Made by a program: the position numbers and the translations under genes. A stretch of DNA of 64,000 nt from an uncultured Candidatus Thioglobus sp. (GTDB lineage: Bacteria > Pseudomonadota > Gammaproteobacteria > PS1 > Pseudothioglobaceae): contig CAJQTG010000019.1 of NCBI GenBank assembly GCA_905618925.1, positions 36,430 to 100,429 on the forward strand. The letters are read 5' to 3'. Under the pieces are notes generated by a model that saw only the letters and a program-made list of their open reading frames with translations, did no database searches and had not been told where the DNA came from. Every line of letters starts with the position of its first letter. The stretch's first letter is position 1. Shown piece after piece: positions 32,795 through 42,748 of the stretch.

Positions 32795-35248
32795 ATGAAT
32801 TGGCGAACAAAAACTGAAGCAAAAATAGAGGTATTTTCTGATTGGCTTTTTGAAAACGCAAAGAAAACAATACTAGTTATTTTTCTTCTTGTGGCCGCTC
32901 TTGGCTCACAACTACCATCCTTAAAGATTGACACTACTACTGAAGGGTTTTTACATAAAACAGACCCAATGCGTGTTGAGTATGACCTGTTTAGAGATCA
33001 GTTTGGTAGAGATGAAAAGTTAATGATCGCTGTAAAAACTGAAAACATTTTTGACTTAAGTTTCTTAAAGAAGCTTGATAGTTTTCATGATGCTCTAGAG
33101 AGCGAACTTCCAAATATTAAGGGCGTTGACTCCCTAATAAACGCTAGAAATACTTATGGAATTGAGGGCGAGTTAATTGTTGAGCCTTTAATCGACAGCC
33201 TTCCTGAAACTAAGGCGGAATTACTTAAACTAAAAGAAACAGTCATCAACAATAGTCTCTATGAAAACTCACTTTACAGTGAGGACTATACTATGACTAC
33301 TGTTACGATAGACACAGAAACATACTCCAATAATGGGATATCAAATGAGTCAGAAAAATTTGAGTTTGATGATGGCCTAGAGTTTGATGATGGCCTAGAG
33401 TTTGATGATGGCCTAGAGTTTGATGATGATAGTTTGGGTGGACAGAGGGTTTATTTAACTGATGTTGAGAACGACGAAATAATTTCAAAAACACAGAGCA
33501 TCATGCAGCGTTTTGATGATGATAATTTTGAAATATACTTGTCAGGCTCGGCGGCAATTGCGGGAATTTTCAAGCAAGCCTTAATGAACGATTCAGTTAT
33601 CTTTATTAGCTTAATGATGATTGTTATTATGATTGTTTTGTTTGCTCTATTTAGGCGCATTTCAGGCGTTATTTTGCCATTAGCCTGCGTGTCTCTTACG
33701 CTTATAACAACCGTCTCATTAATGTCGGTATTTTCAGCTCCTTTTACAATGGCTACCCAAATTATGCCAACCTTTTTGTTGGCAGTGGTGACTAGTGCGT
33801 CTATACATTTACTGGCTGTTTTCTATAAAGATTTTTCAAAAACAAACGACAAAAAAGTATCTCTGCGATATGCAATGGGACACTCTGGCCTTGCGATTAT
33901 AATGACCTCTATTACTACAGCTGTTGGCTTGTGGTCCTTCTCTTTTTCTGGAGTTGCGCCTGTAGCCGACCTTGGTATTTTTGCCAGCAGTGGTGTAATG
34001 ATTGGTTTAGTTTTTACCCTCATCTTCCTGCCAGCCTTAATATCTATTACTAGAGTTAAAACTCTTAAGACTAATTCTGATAAAGAAGGTCAAACCCTAA
34101 TGGACAGGTCTCTTATTGGTATAAGTGTTTTTGCAACTGGACGCCCAAAACTAATAGTGTCGGTAAGTGCTGTATTAATAATTTGCGCAGCTTTAGTTGC
34201 ATCACAACTAAGGTTTTCACACTTTCCACTTCAATGGCTTCCTGAAGACAACTTTGCACGCATTGCAACTGAGGCGGTTGACGAAAACCTTAAAGGCTCT
34301 CTTACGCTTGAGGTTATTATTGATACTGGACAAACAAATGGCCTTTATAACCCAGAGCTTTTAAGGGTGATTGATGACGTTTCTCAAAATATAAATTCCA
34401 TCTCAACAGGAAATATGTTTGTTGGTAAAGTTATTAGTTATATTGACGTTATTAAGGAAACAAATAGAGCGCTTAATGAAAATCGTGAAGAGTATTATGC
34501 TATTCCTGATGACCCTGACTTGATTGCTCAGGAATTTTTGCTTTTTGAAAGCAGCGGTAACGATGACCTTTCGAGCCTTGTGGATGCAAATTATTCTAAA
34601 GCTCGACTAACCTTAAAAACCCCTTTTATTGACTCACTCGAAGCTAATATTTTTATAGATAGTGCACAGGCCTACTTAGACCAAAAGTTTGGCCCTCTTG
34701 CCAAAGTTACCTTCACAGGCATTGGAACTTTAATGACTGTAACTTTTGAAGAGGCGATTTATAGTAGTGCGTTTAGTTATGTGCTTGCATTTTCATTGAT
34801 CACTATTCTTATGGTGCTATTAATAGGTAACTTAAAAATTGGCCTAATTAGTATGATTCCAAATATTTTGCCTATAATTTTTCTTTCAACAATTATGGTT
34901 GTTTTTAAAATGCCACTTGATATGTTTACTTTATTAATTGGTGCAATAGCACTTGGGCTTGCTGTTGACGATACCGTTCACTTTATGCATAACTTTAGAA
35001 GATATGAGCTTAAATATAATGATGTTGATAAGGCGGTACGGCTTACATTGCTTGGCACCGGAAGAGCTATCACTTTAACGTCTATAGTTCTTGCTCTTGG
35101 TTTTCTTGTGCTGACCTTTTCTCAAATGAACAACATGTTTGATTTTGGTGTTTTAACAGCCAGTGCAATTTTAGTCGCTGTGTTGGCAGACTTTTTCTTG
35201 ATGCCTGCAATAATGAAGTTAATTATTAAAGACAAGACCAGTATGTAA
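32795..35248 (+). CDS. RND superfamily MMPL-type transporter
   Basis: Two TM blocks with periplasmic loops; IALGLAVDDTVHF, GRAITLTS. Confidence 0.88.
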   Translation: MNWRTKTEAKIEVFSDWLFENAKKTILVIFLLVAALGSQLPSLKIDTTTEGFLHKTDPMRVEYDLFRDQFGRDEKLMIAVKTENIFDLSFLKKLDSFHDALESELPNIKGVDSLINARNTYGIEGELIVEPLIDSLPETKAELLKLKETVINNSLYENSLYSEDYTMTTVTIDTETYSNNGISNESEKFEFDDGLEFDDGLEFDDGLEFDDDSLGGQRVYLTDVENDEIISKTQSIMQRFDDDNFEIYLSGSAAIAGIFKQALMNDSVIFISLMMIVIMIVLFALFRRISGVILPLACVSLTLITTVSLMSVFSAPFTMATQIMPTFLLAVVTSASIHLLAVFYKDFSKTNDKKVSLRYAMGHSGLAIIMTSITTAVGLWSFSFSGVAPVADLGIFASSGVMIGLVFTLIFLPALISITRVKTLKTNSDKEGQTLMDRSLIGISVFATGRPKLIVSVSAVLIICAALVASQLRFSHFPLQWLPEDNFARIATEAVDENLKGSLTLEVIIDTGQTNGLYNPELLRVIDDVSQNINSISTGNMFVGKVISYIDVIKETNRALNENREEYYAIPDDPDLIAQEFLLFESSGNDDLSSLVDANYSKARLTLKTPFIDSLEANIFIDSAQAYLDQKFGPLAKVTFTGIGTLMTVTFEEAIYSSAFSYVLAFSLITILMVLLIGNLKIGLISMIPNILPIIFLSTIMVVFKMPLDMFTLLIGAIALGLAVDDTVHFMHNFRRYELKYNDVDKAVRLTLLGTGRAITLTSIVLALGFLVLTFSQMNNMFDFGVLTASAILVAVLADFFLMPAIMKLIIKDKTSM
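33362..33428 (+). repeat. In-frame 18-bp tandem repeat, 3.7 copies (EFDDGL)
   Basis: GAGTTTGATGATGGCCTA x3 plus GAGTTTGATGATG, exact. Confidence 0.95.
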
Positions 35249-35268
35249 GTATTGTAAATTTTAATTAT

Positions 35269-35295
35269 AAAAAAGGCGCCTAAGGCGCCTTTTTT
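35269..35295. terminator. Bidirectional intrinsic terminator
   Basis: AAAAAAGGCGCC-TAA-GGCGCCTTTTTT between the convergent MMPL gene and tsf. Confidence 0.9.
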
Positions 35296-35309
35296 GAAGA
35301 GTTTTAACT

Positions 35310-36188
35310 TTAACCTTGGGCTTGAGCCATAACCTCTTCAACAAAATTATCTTCTTTTTTCTCAATACCTTCACCAACTTCATATCGAATAAAAGACTCA
35401 ACTTCTGAATTTTTAGATTTAACTAAAGCACCAACGGTAGTATCTGGATCTTTAACAAAAGATTGGCCATAAAGAGTAACTTCATTGACAAATTTTTTCA
35501 TTCTACCAACGATCATTTTTTCAATAATATTGTCAGGCTTGCCACTTTCTTTTGCTTGCTCAATAAAAATTGCTTTTTCTCTTTCAAGAAGCTCCGCTGA
35601 GAGTTGGTCTTCACTTACACATTCAGGTTTTGAGGCTGCAATATGCATAGCAACATCTTTTGCAAGCTCTGCATCATTTGATGATAACACTGTAAGAACA
35701 GCAATTCTCTCACCATGCTTGTATGCGCCCAAAACACCATTTTCAGTACTGACAATTTGAACCCTTCTAACCGATACATTTTCACCAATTTTAGCGATTA
35801 TTTCTTCTCTCGCCTGGTCAACAGTAACACCTGAGTCTAGTTTTTGCTTTGAAAAGACTTCAATAGATTCTGGTTTGTTCTTTAATGCTAGAGCACCTAA
35901 AGTATCAACAAAGTCAATAAAGGCTGAGCCCTTAGTTACAAAGTCTGTTTCAGAGTTAACCTCAAGAATTGCAGCGTGCATTTTATCTTCACTAATAGTA
36001 ACGTTTACAAGCCCTTCAGAGGCTACGCGACCAGCTTTTTTCGCAGCTTTTGCTGCTCCAGATGCGCGCATTAAATCAATTGCCGCCTCCAAATCTGCAT
36101 TGGTCTCAACTAAAGCTTTTTTGCAGTCCATCATGCCTGCACCAGTTCTTTCTCTTAGTTCTTTAACTAAAGCGGCTGTAATTGCCAT
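35310..36188 (-). CDS. tsf: Elongation factor Ts
   Basis: VKELRERTGAGMMDCKKAL, EVNSETDFV. Confidence 0.99.
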   Translation of the reverse strand: MAITAALVKELRERTGAGMMDCKKALVETNADLEAAIDLMRASGAAKAAKKAGRVASEGLVNVTISEDKMHAAILEVNSETDFVTKGSAFIDFVDTLGALALKNKPESIEVFSKQKLDSGVTVDQAREEIIAKIGENVSVRRVQIVSTENGVLGAYKHGERIAVLTVLSSNDAELAKDVAMHIAASKPECVSEDQLSAELLEREKAIFIEQAKESGKPDNIIEKMIVGRMKKFVNEVTLYGQSFVKDPDTTVGALVKSKNSEVESFIRYEVGEGIEKKEDNFVEEVMAQAQG

Positions 36189-36221
36189 AATTTGTCTCCT
36201 ATATATACTCTGTATAGCTAT

Positions 36222-37130
36222 TTATTCAGTGTCTGCCTTCTTTGTAGCAGGCTTCTTGGCAGCAGGCTTCTTCGCAGCAGGCTTCTTATCTTCAGCAACA
36301 GCTTCAGTCTTCGCAGCAGGCTTCTTATCTTCAGCAACAGCTTCAGTCTTAGCAGCAGGCTCAGTCTTAGCAGCAGGCTTCTTATCTTCAGCAACAGCTT
36401 CAGTCTTCGCAGCAGGCGCAGATTTCTTAACTGCAGCTTTAGTTTCTACGATTGAAGCTTTAGCCTCTAGTATCGCATTAGCAATTTCTCTAGCATAATA
36501 ACCAATGGCTCTTATTGAATCATCATTTCCTGCTATAACATAATCAATTCCTTCAGGGCTGTGATTTGTGTCAACAACGCCAATAATTGGAAGTTGTAAA
36601 GTGTGAGCTTCACGAACTGCATTTTTTTCATGACCAATATCAACTACAAAAATAACATCAGGAATGCTTCCTAAGTCTTTGATTCCACCAAGACTTCTCT
36701 CAAGTTTTTCCATCTCTCTGGACATAATGAGCGCTTCTTTTTTTGTAAATTGGGAAAAGTTTTCTTCTGCAAGAAATTCAAGATCCTTAAGGCGTTTAAT
36801 AGAAGCTTTAATAGTCTTATAATTTGTCATCATGCCGCCTAGCCAGCGATGGTTGACATAAGGCATTCCACATCGAATTGCCTCTTCTTTAATAATGTTG
36901 CTTGCCGCTCTCTTCGTACCAACAAAAAGGATTGACCCACCAGCAGCAGCAGTTTTGCTTGCAAAGTTGAGCACATCGTTGAATTGTGGTAGGGTTTTTT
37001 CTAGGTTAATTATGTGAACACCATTTCGTGTTCCGTAGATAAAAGGCTCCATTTTAGGATGCCAAAAACGAGACCTGTGACCAAAATGAACACCTGCCTC
37101 TAACATTTTTTTCATTGACGCTTTCGCCAT
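36222..37130 (-). CDS. rpsB: 30S ribosomal protein S2 with repetitive Lys/Ala/Pro C-terminal tail
   Basis: [27 protein letters not shown]; start moved to ATG 37130 after GGAG. Confidence 0.98.
   Translation of the reverse strand: MAKASMKKMLEAGVHFGHRSRFWHPKMEPFIYGTRNGVHIINLEKTLPQFNDVLNFASKTAAAGGSILFVGTKRAASNIIKEEAIRCGMPYVNHRWLGGMMTNYKTIKASIKRLKDLEFLAEENFSQFTKKEALIMSREMEKLERSLGGIKDLGSIPDVIFVVDIGHEKNAVREAHTLQLPIIGVVDTNHSPEGIDYVIAGNDDSIRAIGYYAREIANAILEAKASIVETKAAVKKSAPAAKTEAVAEDKKPAAKTEPAAKTEAVAEDKKPAAKTEAVAEDKKPAAKKPAAKKPATKKADTE
36240..36420 (-). repeat. Tandem coding repeats in the rpsB tail ([13 protein letters not shown] x3, KKPAA units)
   Basis: Near-exact 39-bp unit GCAGCAGGCTTCTTATCTTCAGCAACAGCTTCAGTCTT(C/A) plus 15- and 18-bp subunits. 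Confidence 0.9.
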
Positions 37131-37288
37131 ATTCTTCTCCTGGGTTAAGACTTCCACATTGCCTATCAACCAACCCTATTAAAAAGGCACCCTGGTTAAT
37201 ATTGGGGCTCTGTGTGATACATTAAAATACTAACTTTATAAACATCTAGTTAGCCCTTCTTCCAGCTCATGTTGGCTGAAAGGCAACG
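37131..37288 (-). promoter_or_regulatory. rpsB (S2/t44) autoregulatory leader
   Basis: Minus strand CACACA...CCAGGGTGCC...GGGTTGG...GTGGAAG..TAACC, as in gammaproteobacterial rpsB leaders; 5' hairpin; extended -10-like TGGGATAAT at ~37289-37297. Confidence 0.75.
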
Positions 37289-37426
37289 ATTATCCCATAT
37301 TTTTTTGAATTAAGCAAAGCCTATTTCTCTAATTTCCTATATACATAGGCATTCATACCTCTCTTCACTAAAAAAACATACAACTCAAAAAAACACCCTT
37401 TATAATTATATTTTTTTAAAATAACT

Positions 37427-37454
37427 GTGACCAAATGTTGGTTATGATATGTAT
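37427..37454 (+). promoter_or_regulatory. Possible RpoE-ChrR (ECF11)-type promoter
   Basis: GTGACC-N17-TGTAT upstream of a cluster that is RpoE-ChrR-regulated in other bacteria; imperfect match. Confidence 0.3.
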
Positions 37455-37500
37455 CTAGCCTAATAAGGGGGGCTCTGTAATACATATTTGATATTATGCT

Positions 37501-38748
37501 ATGAAAATTGCTATTATTGGAAGTGGGATATCTGGCTTAACGGCTGCATATCTTCTTCACAAAGAACATGATATTACTATTTTAGAGGCTAATGATTATA
37601 TTGGCGGACACACCCATACCCATCAGATTGAGCGAGATAAAAAGAAGTTGCTGATTGATTCTGGCTTTATTGTCTACAACGAAAACACATATCCCAATTT
37701 TATAAAGCTTCTTCAAAAACTTAAAGTTGACACACAAAAAACCTCCATGGGTTTTAGCGTTAAGGCGCCAGAAAAAAACCTTGAGTACTCTGGAGGCTCA
37801 TTAAATTCTTTATTTGCTCAACGCCTTAATTTTTTTAGGCCCTCTTTCATATTGATGCTTAAAGACATATTAAGGTTTAATCGTGTCTCAGTGGCCAAGC
37901 TAAATAACCTAAGCGAGTCATCAACAATCTATGATTTTTTGATTGCACATAAATTTAGTAAGAATTTTATTGAGAACTATATAATTCCAATGGGGGCTGC
38001 TATATGGTCTACGGCGGCTGAAAAAACAACAGAAATGCCTGCAGTTTTTTATATTAGATTTTTCAAAAATCATGGGCTGCTTCAAGTGTTTAATCGTCCA
38101 CAATGGTTTGTAATTAAGGGCGGCTCAAAAGCATACATTCCAAAAATAATTGCAGGATTCAAAAATAAAATTTTGCTCTCAACCCCAGCTTTAAAGGTTA
38201 GAAGAAGCAAAAATAGTGTTGAGGTTTATTATGGAAAAGATGAGGCTTCTCATCAGTTTGATAAAGTTATATTTGCAACACATAGTGATCAAGCATTGGC
38301 ATTATTAGAGGACCCTAGCGCAGAAGAAGCTAAAATTTTAGGGTCTTTGCCTTACCAAAAAAATGTTGCGCTACTTCACACAGATTCTTCTATCTTGCCT
38401 AAAAAGAAAATAACATGGTCCAGTTGGAATTATCTTTTGAGCGAAGATCAAAGCAAGCCTGTGACGCTAACTTATAACATGAATATTTTGCAGTCATTAA
38501 AGTCGAAGACTGATTTTTTAGTAACCCTGAATAGTAATGGAGAGGTTGACACAAGCAAAATAATTAAGACTTTAGTCTACCATCATCCTCTTTTTACGGT
38601 CAAGGGCGTTAAAGCACAAAAAGAAAAGAATCAAATAAGCGGCGTAAATAACACGTTTTATTGTGGAGCATATTGGGGAAATGGCTTTCATGAGGATGGC
38701 GTAAATAGCGCCCTTGATGTTTGTAGTTTTTTTGATAAGTCTTTATGA
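37501..38748 (+). CDS. FAD-dependent oxidoreductase (COG2907; UfaD-like)
   Basis: IAIIGSGISGL, GGHTHT, DSGFIVYNENTYPNF, CGAYWGNGFHEDG. Confidence 0.85.
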   Translation: MKIAIIGSGISGLTAAYLLHKEHDITILEANDYIGGHTHTHQIERDKKKLLIDSGFIVYNENTYPNFIKLLQKLKVDTQKTSMGFSVKAPEKNLEYSGGSLNSLFAQRLNFFRPSFILMLKDILRFNRVSVAKLNNLSESSTIYDFLIAHKFSKNFIENYIIPMGAAIWSTAAEKTTEMPAVFYIRFFKNHGLLQVFNRPQWFVIKGGSKAYIPKIIAGFKNKILLSTPALKVRRSKNSVEVYYGKDEASHQFDKVIFATHSDQALALLEDPSAEEAKILGSLPYQKNVALLHTDSSILPKKKITWSSWNYLLSEDQSKPVTLTYNMNILQSLKSKTDFLVTLNSNGEVDTSKIIKTLVYHHPLFTVKGVKAQKEKNQISGVNNTFYCGAYWGNGFHEDGVNSALDVCSFFDKSL

Positions 38749-39509
38749 CGCTCTCTAAAAATCATCAACTATATTGGGGGACGATTAGTCATCAGCGCCA
38801 TACACCGTTTAAGCGATTTTTTTCATACCCAATTTTCATGGCCTATATCGATATCTCATCTTTAGCATCGACGATGAAGCCATCCCTTCTTTGGAACATT
38901 AATAAGCCTGCACTTGTTTCGTTTAAAAGGAAGGACTACCATGGAGATCCAGACTTGGACTTAGATAGTGCGGTTCGAAAAACGCTTCACGAAAAAACGG
39001 GTAAAGTTTTTAATGGACCAATCAGACTCCTGACGCACTTGAGATACTTTGGGCATTGTTTTAATCCAGTAAGTTTTTATTACTGTTTTGATGATTCAGA
39101 CCAAAAGGTTGAGGCCATAATGGCTGAAGTAACAAACACACCATGGAAAGAAAGGCATGCCTACATTATAGAAGAGCATGCTGAAAATAATAATAAGCCA
39201 GGCCTTACTGCATCTCCTAAAAAACAACTACATGTGAGTCCTTTTTGGGGAATGGACCATGACTATGAGTGGTTTTTCTCACAACCCGAAGCCTCTTTAA
39301 ATGTAAAAATGAAAAATTTTAAAGATGGTGAAAAGGTTTTTAATGTTTCACTTGACTTAAAGAGGCGTGCATTTTCAAACGCAGGGCTTGTTAAGGCAAT
39401 TTCCAGGTTTCCATTTATCACGCTGATGGTTGTATATAGAATCCATTGGCAAGCATTTATGCTCTATATAAAAAGAGCTCCATTTTTTACACACCCAGAC
39501 AAACTATGA
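38745..39509 (+). CDS. DUF1365 protein (UfaO-like)
   Basis: HQRHTP, FNPVSFYYC, AEVTNTPWKERHAY, HVSPF, IHWQA. Confidence 0.88.
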   Translation: MTLSKNHQLYWGTISHQRHTPFKRFFSYPIFMAYIDISSLASTMKPSLLWNINKPALVSFKRKDYHGDPDLDLDSAVRKTLHEKTGKVFNGPIRLLTHLRYFGHCFNPVSFYYCFDDSDQKVEAIMAEVTNTPWKERHAYIIEEHAENNNKPGLTASPKKQLHVSPFWGMDHDYEWFFSQPEASLNVKMKNFKDGEKVFNVSLDLKRRAFSNAGLVKAISRFPFITLMVVYRIHWQAFMLYIKRAPFFTHPDKL

Positions 39510-40795
39510 CTCAAGAAATTCAAACTAAAGATAGACTTTCAGTTGACGGCCTAGCAAATAATATTCAAGAAATGCAAAGAAGTACCAGAATGACTTCTTT
39601 TTTTAAAAGGATTTTATTTAAAAAACTGAAAGGCTTAAAAACAGGTGAACTGACAATAGTTGATGGCTCTAAAATTCACGTATTTGGTATACCCAGTTCA
39701 GAACTTAAGGCAACTTTAACTGTGTCATCTCAAGAGTTTTATGTTTTTTTAGGAAGTGGCGGCACCAATGGTGCAGCAGAAGCCTTTACTGCTGGTTATT
39801 GGTCTGCAGATAACTTGGTTCAATTAATTCAACTTATTATTAAAAATAAAAAAACTATGGATGGGCTTGAGTCTGGGCTTGCAAGATTAACAAATCCAAT
39901 CACTAAAATAATCCATAAGCTTAGACAAAATACCTTGAAAGGAAGCAAGAGTAATATTTTGGCGCACTACGATCTGAGTAACGATTTTTATAAGCTATGG
40001 CTTGACTCAACTATGACTTACTCAAGCGGTATTTTTCCAAATAAGAAGTCAAGCATGCACGATGCTTCAATAGAAAAGTTAGATAGGCTATGTCGAAAAC
40101 TAAACCTAAATAGCGATGATCATGTTCTTGAAATTGGAACAGGATGGGGGAGTTTTGCAACTCATGCAGCTAAAAATTATGGCTGTAAAGTTACGACAAC
40201 GACTATCTCAGATAACCAGTTTAATTATGTTGCTGAGTTAATTAGTAAAGAGCATCTAGATAATAAGATAACTTTATTAAACAAAGATTATAGAGAGCTT
40301 GAAGGTGTTTTTGACAAGGTTGTTTCGATTGAAATGATTGAGGCTGTTGGGTCTGACTATGTACCTGGCTTCTTTGAAAAGGCCTCTTCATTGCTGAAGA
40401 AAAATGGTTTAATGGCCCTTCAAGGAATAACATATAACGATCCAGACTTTGATGCCTATAAAAATTCAGTAGACTTTATAAGAAAATATATTTTTCCTGG
40501 CTCGTGCCTTATCTCAGTGTCACAAGTTGAGAAAGCAATCAAAGAGAAAACGGACTTAGTTATGGTTGATTCTGAAGACATAACACTTCACTATGCAAGG
40601 ACACTCGAAATCTGGCGTAAAGATTTTCAAAAAGTATTACCGCAAGTAAGAGAGCTTGGTTTTTCAAATCCTTTCATAAGGATTTGGATTTTTTATCTAG
40701 TCTACTGTGAAGCAGGATTTCTTGAAAACTTAATTGGTGATTTTCAGTTTATATTTGCCAAACCTGACGCTCAAAATACTAAAATTACATACTAA
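39506..40795 (+). CDS. cfa: Cyclopropane-fatty-acyl-phospholipid synthase-family methyltransferase
   Basis: NILAHYDLSNDFY, MTYSS, LEIGTGWG, SIEMIEAVG, YIFPG; start moved to ATG 39506 (ATGA overlap). Confidence 0.88.
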   Translation: MTQEIQTKDRLSVDGLANNIQEMQRSTRMTSFFKRILFKKLKGLKTGELTIVDGSKIHVFGIPSSELKATLTVSSQEFYVFLGSGGTNGAAEAFTAGYWSADNLVQLIQLIIKNKKTMDGLESGLARLTNPITKIIHKLRQNTLKGSKSNILAHYDLSNDFYKLWLDSTMTYSSGIFPNKKSSMHDASIEKLDRLCRKLNLNSDDHVLEIGTGWGSFATHAAKNYGCKVTTTTISDNQFNYVAELISKEHLDNKITLLNKDYRELEGVFDKVVSIEMIEAVGSDYVPGFFEKASSLLKKNGLMALQGITYNDPDFDAYKNSVDFIRKYIFPGSCLISVSQVEKAIKEKTDLVMVDSEDITLHYARTLEIWRKDFQKVLPQVRELGFSNPFIRIWIFYLVYCEAGFLENLIGDFQFIFAKPDAQNTKITY

Positions 40796-40798
40796 AAA

Positions 40799-41833
40799 AT
40801 GATTAAATTATTAATAAAACTTGCAGAAAATGGCTTATTGCCAGACATACTTATTAGGCTTGGAATAAAGCGCTTATGCGCTCAAAGGCTTATAGAGGCA
40901 ACGAGTATTGATCAGCTCGAGATGGAAAAAAGACACTCATCTTGGATTGATGTTTTAAATAAAAGCCCAATTGCTTTGGTTCCAGAAAAAGCAAATGAGC
41001 AGCACTATGAGGTACCACCAAATTTTTTTGAATTGGTTCTTGGAAGCAACCTAAAGTATAGTTCTGGTTACTGGCCAAGTGGGACTTTGACCTTAGACCA
41101 GTCTGAAGATGAAATGTTAAATCTGACCTGTGAAAGAGCTGGTTTAGTTGATGGACAAGAAATATTAGAACTTGGTTGTGGCTGGGGTTCTTTGACACTT
41201 TTTATGGCTAAAAAGTTTCCTAACAGTAAGGTCACAGCAGTAAGTAATTCTAACGATCAGAGGGGGTTTATAGAAAAAAAATGTAAAAAACTAGGCCTAA
41301 AAAATATCAAAGTTATTACTGTTGATATGAATGATTTTTCAATAAATAAGCAGTTTGATCGAGTTATTTCGATTGAAATGTTTGAGCATATGCGAAACTA
41401 TAATCAACTCCTTGAGCGGGTCAATGGGTGGCTTAATCAAGAAGGAAAACTTTTTGTTCACATCTTCTCACATGAAAAAATTGCATACCCTTTTGAAGAT
41501 GAAGATGAGGGGGACTGGATGGCTAGAGAGTTTTTTAGTGGGGGACAAATGCCTTCACACCGTCTTTTAATGGGCTTCCCAGATAAAATGAAGATTGAGA
41601 AAGATTGGAGAGTTGAAGGAACACACTATGAAAAAACATCGCTTGCCTGGCTGCGTAAAATGGACAGTAACAAGCGTGAAGTGTTAGAATTATTTTCAAA
41701 CACTTATGGAGAAAATGAAGCCAACAAGTGGTTTCAAAGATGGCGTATATTTTTTATGTCATGTGAAGTTCTTTTTGGCTTTAATAAGGGAAATGAGTGG
41801 GGAGTTTCCCACTACCTTTTCAAAAAGCCATAG
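40799..41833 (+). CDS. Second CFA-like SAM-dependent methyltransferase
   Basis: ANEQHYEVP, LKYSS, LELGCGWGS, SIEMFEHMRNY, WRIFFMSC. Confidence 0.85.
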   Translation: MIKLLIKLAENGLLPDILIRLGIKRLCAQRLIEATSIDQLEMEKRHSSWIDVLNKSPIALVPEKANEQHYEVPPNFFELVLGSNLKYSSGYWPSGTLTLDQSEDEMLNLTCERAGLVDGQEILELGCGWGSLTLFMAKKFPNSKVTAVSNSNDQRGFIEKKCKKLGLKNIKVITVDMNDFSINKQFDRVISIEMFEHMRNYNQLLERVNGWLNQEGKLFVHIFSHEKIAYPFEDEDEGDWMAREFFSGGQMPSHRLLMGFPDKMKIEKDWRVEGTHYEKTSLAWLRKMDSNKREVLELFSNTYGENEANKWFQRWRIFFMSCEVLFGFNKGNEWGVSHYLFKKP

Positions 41834-41855
41834 TGGTGGAGACCAAGGAGGCATA

Positions 41856-42740
41856 ATGAAAAATAATATTACACACATAGCTACAATATTTGCTTGTATT
41901 TTAATTGCCTGTCTTTTTGCACTTGCAGCCTCTGACGGAGCGCTTCATCTATATGGGGTTCCAATTATATTTCTTTGTGCTGGAGTTAGTTTTGTTGTTC
42001 ACTGGGCCATTGCAATCCCTGCTCTGATAACTAAAACTGAAAAATATTTTGACCTGACAGGAATGATTGCAACACTTCTTATTGTTGTTACTGCAATGAT
42101 AGCGATCTTCACTTCAGAACAGCAAGTGTCAATTATGTCATTAATTGTAGCGGTCTTTGTTTCTATGTGGACGCTGAGATTGGGAACTTTTCTATATATA
42201 AGAATCATTAAAAGTGGCGAAGACAAAAGATTTAGAGAGATAAAGAATTCATATCCTAAGTTTTTAATGACCTGGACGCTTTCAGCGCTTTGGGTTTTTC
42301 TAACAACCATTAATGCGATTACTGTAGTTGTGGCAAACCCAGTAAAACCTTTAGGCCTGTTCTTTATTATAGGCGCAAGCCTTTGGATATTCGGATTTGC
42401 TTTTGAAGCTATTTCAGACAAGCAAAAAAAGAATTTTAGCTCTTTGCCAGCAAATAAAAATCAGTTTATTTCAACTGGGTTATGGTCGATTTCACGGCAC
42501 CCTAACTATTTTGGCGAAGTGGTTCTTTGGTTTGGAATTGCAATAATATCTCTGCCGCTTTTATCAGGCTGGCAATTCTTAACACTCATTTCACCAGTCT
42601 TCGTTTATCTTCTTATAACTAAAATAAGTGGCCTACCTTTTTTAGAGGAAAAAGCTGACAAAAAATGGGGGGCAGATTCAGAGTATCTCAAATACAAGAA
42701 TACCACCCCTGTACTGTTTCCTTATATTGGAAAAAATTAA
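41856..42740 (+). CDS. DUF1295 / steroid 5-alpha-reductase-like membrane protein
   Basis: EKYFDLTG, EDKRF, GLWSISRHPNYFGE, SGLPFLE; start moved to ATG 41856 after AGGAGG. Confidence 0.85.
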   Translation: MKNNITHIATIFACILIACLFALAASDGALHLYGVPIIFLCAGVSFVVHWAIAIPALITKTEKYFDLTGMIATLLIVVTAMIAIFTSEQQVSIMSLIVAVFVSMWTLRLGTFLYIRIIKSGEDKRFREIKNSYPKFLMTWTLSALWVFLTTINAITVVVANPVKPLGLFFIIGASLWIFGFAFEAISDKQKKNFSSLPANKNQFISTGLWSISRHPNYFGEVVLWFGIAIISLPLLSGWQFLTLISPVFVYLLITKISGLPFLEEKADKKWGADSEYLKYKNTTPVLFPYIGKN

Positions 42741-42748
42741 CAATTATT

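Noticed and set aside
33362-33428. Short direct repeats as a CRISPR array
   Set aside because: Head-to-tail with no spacers, in frame within a CDS, and no cas genes. Its TTTGAT..CCTAG likeness to the boundary repeat is treated as coincidence.
35485-36498. Plus-strand ORFs of 91, 207 and 87 aa opposite tsf/rpsB
   Set aside because: Antisense shadows of codon-biased, repetitive genes.
37330-37385. Possible repeat copy left of the cfa cluster (CATACCTCTCTTCACTA)
   Set aside because: Only a vague CCTC..CACTA match; lacks the ATCAAA and TTGGAC blocks.
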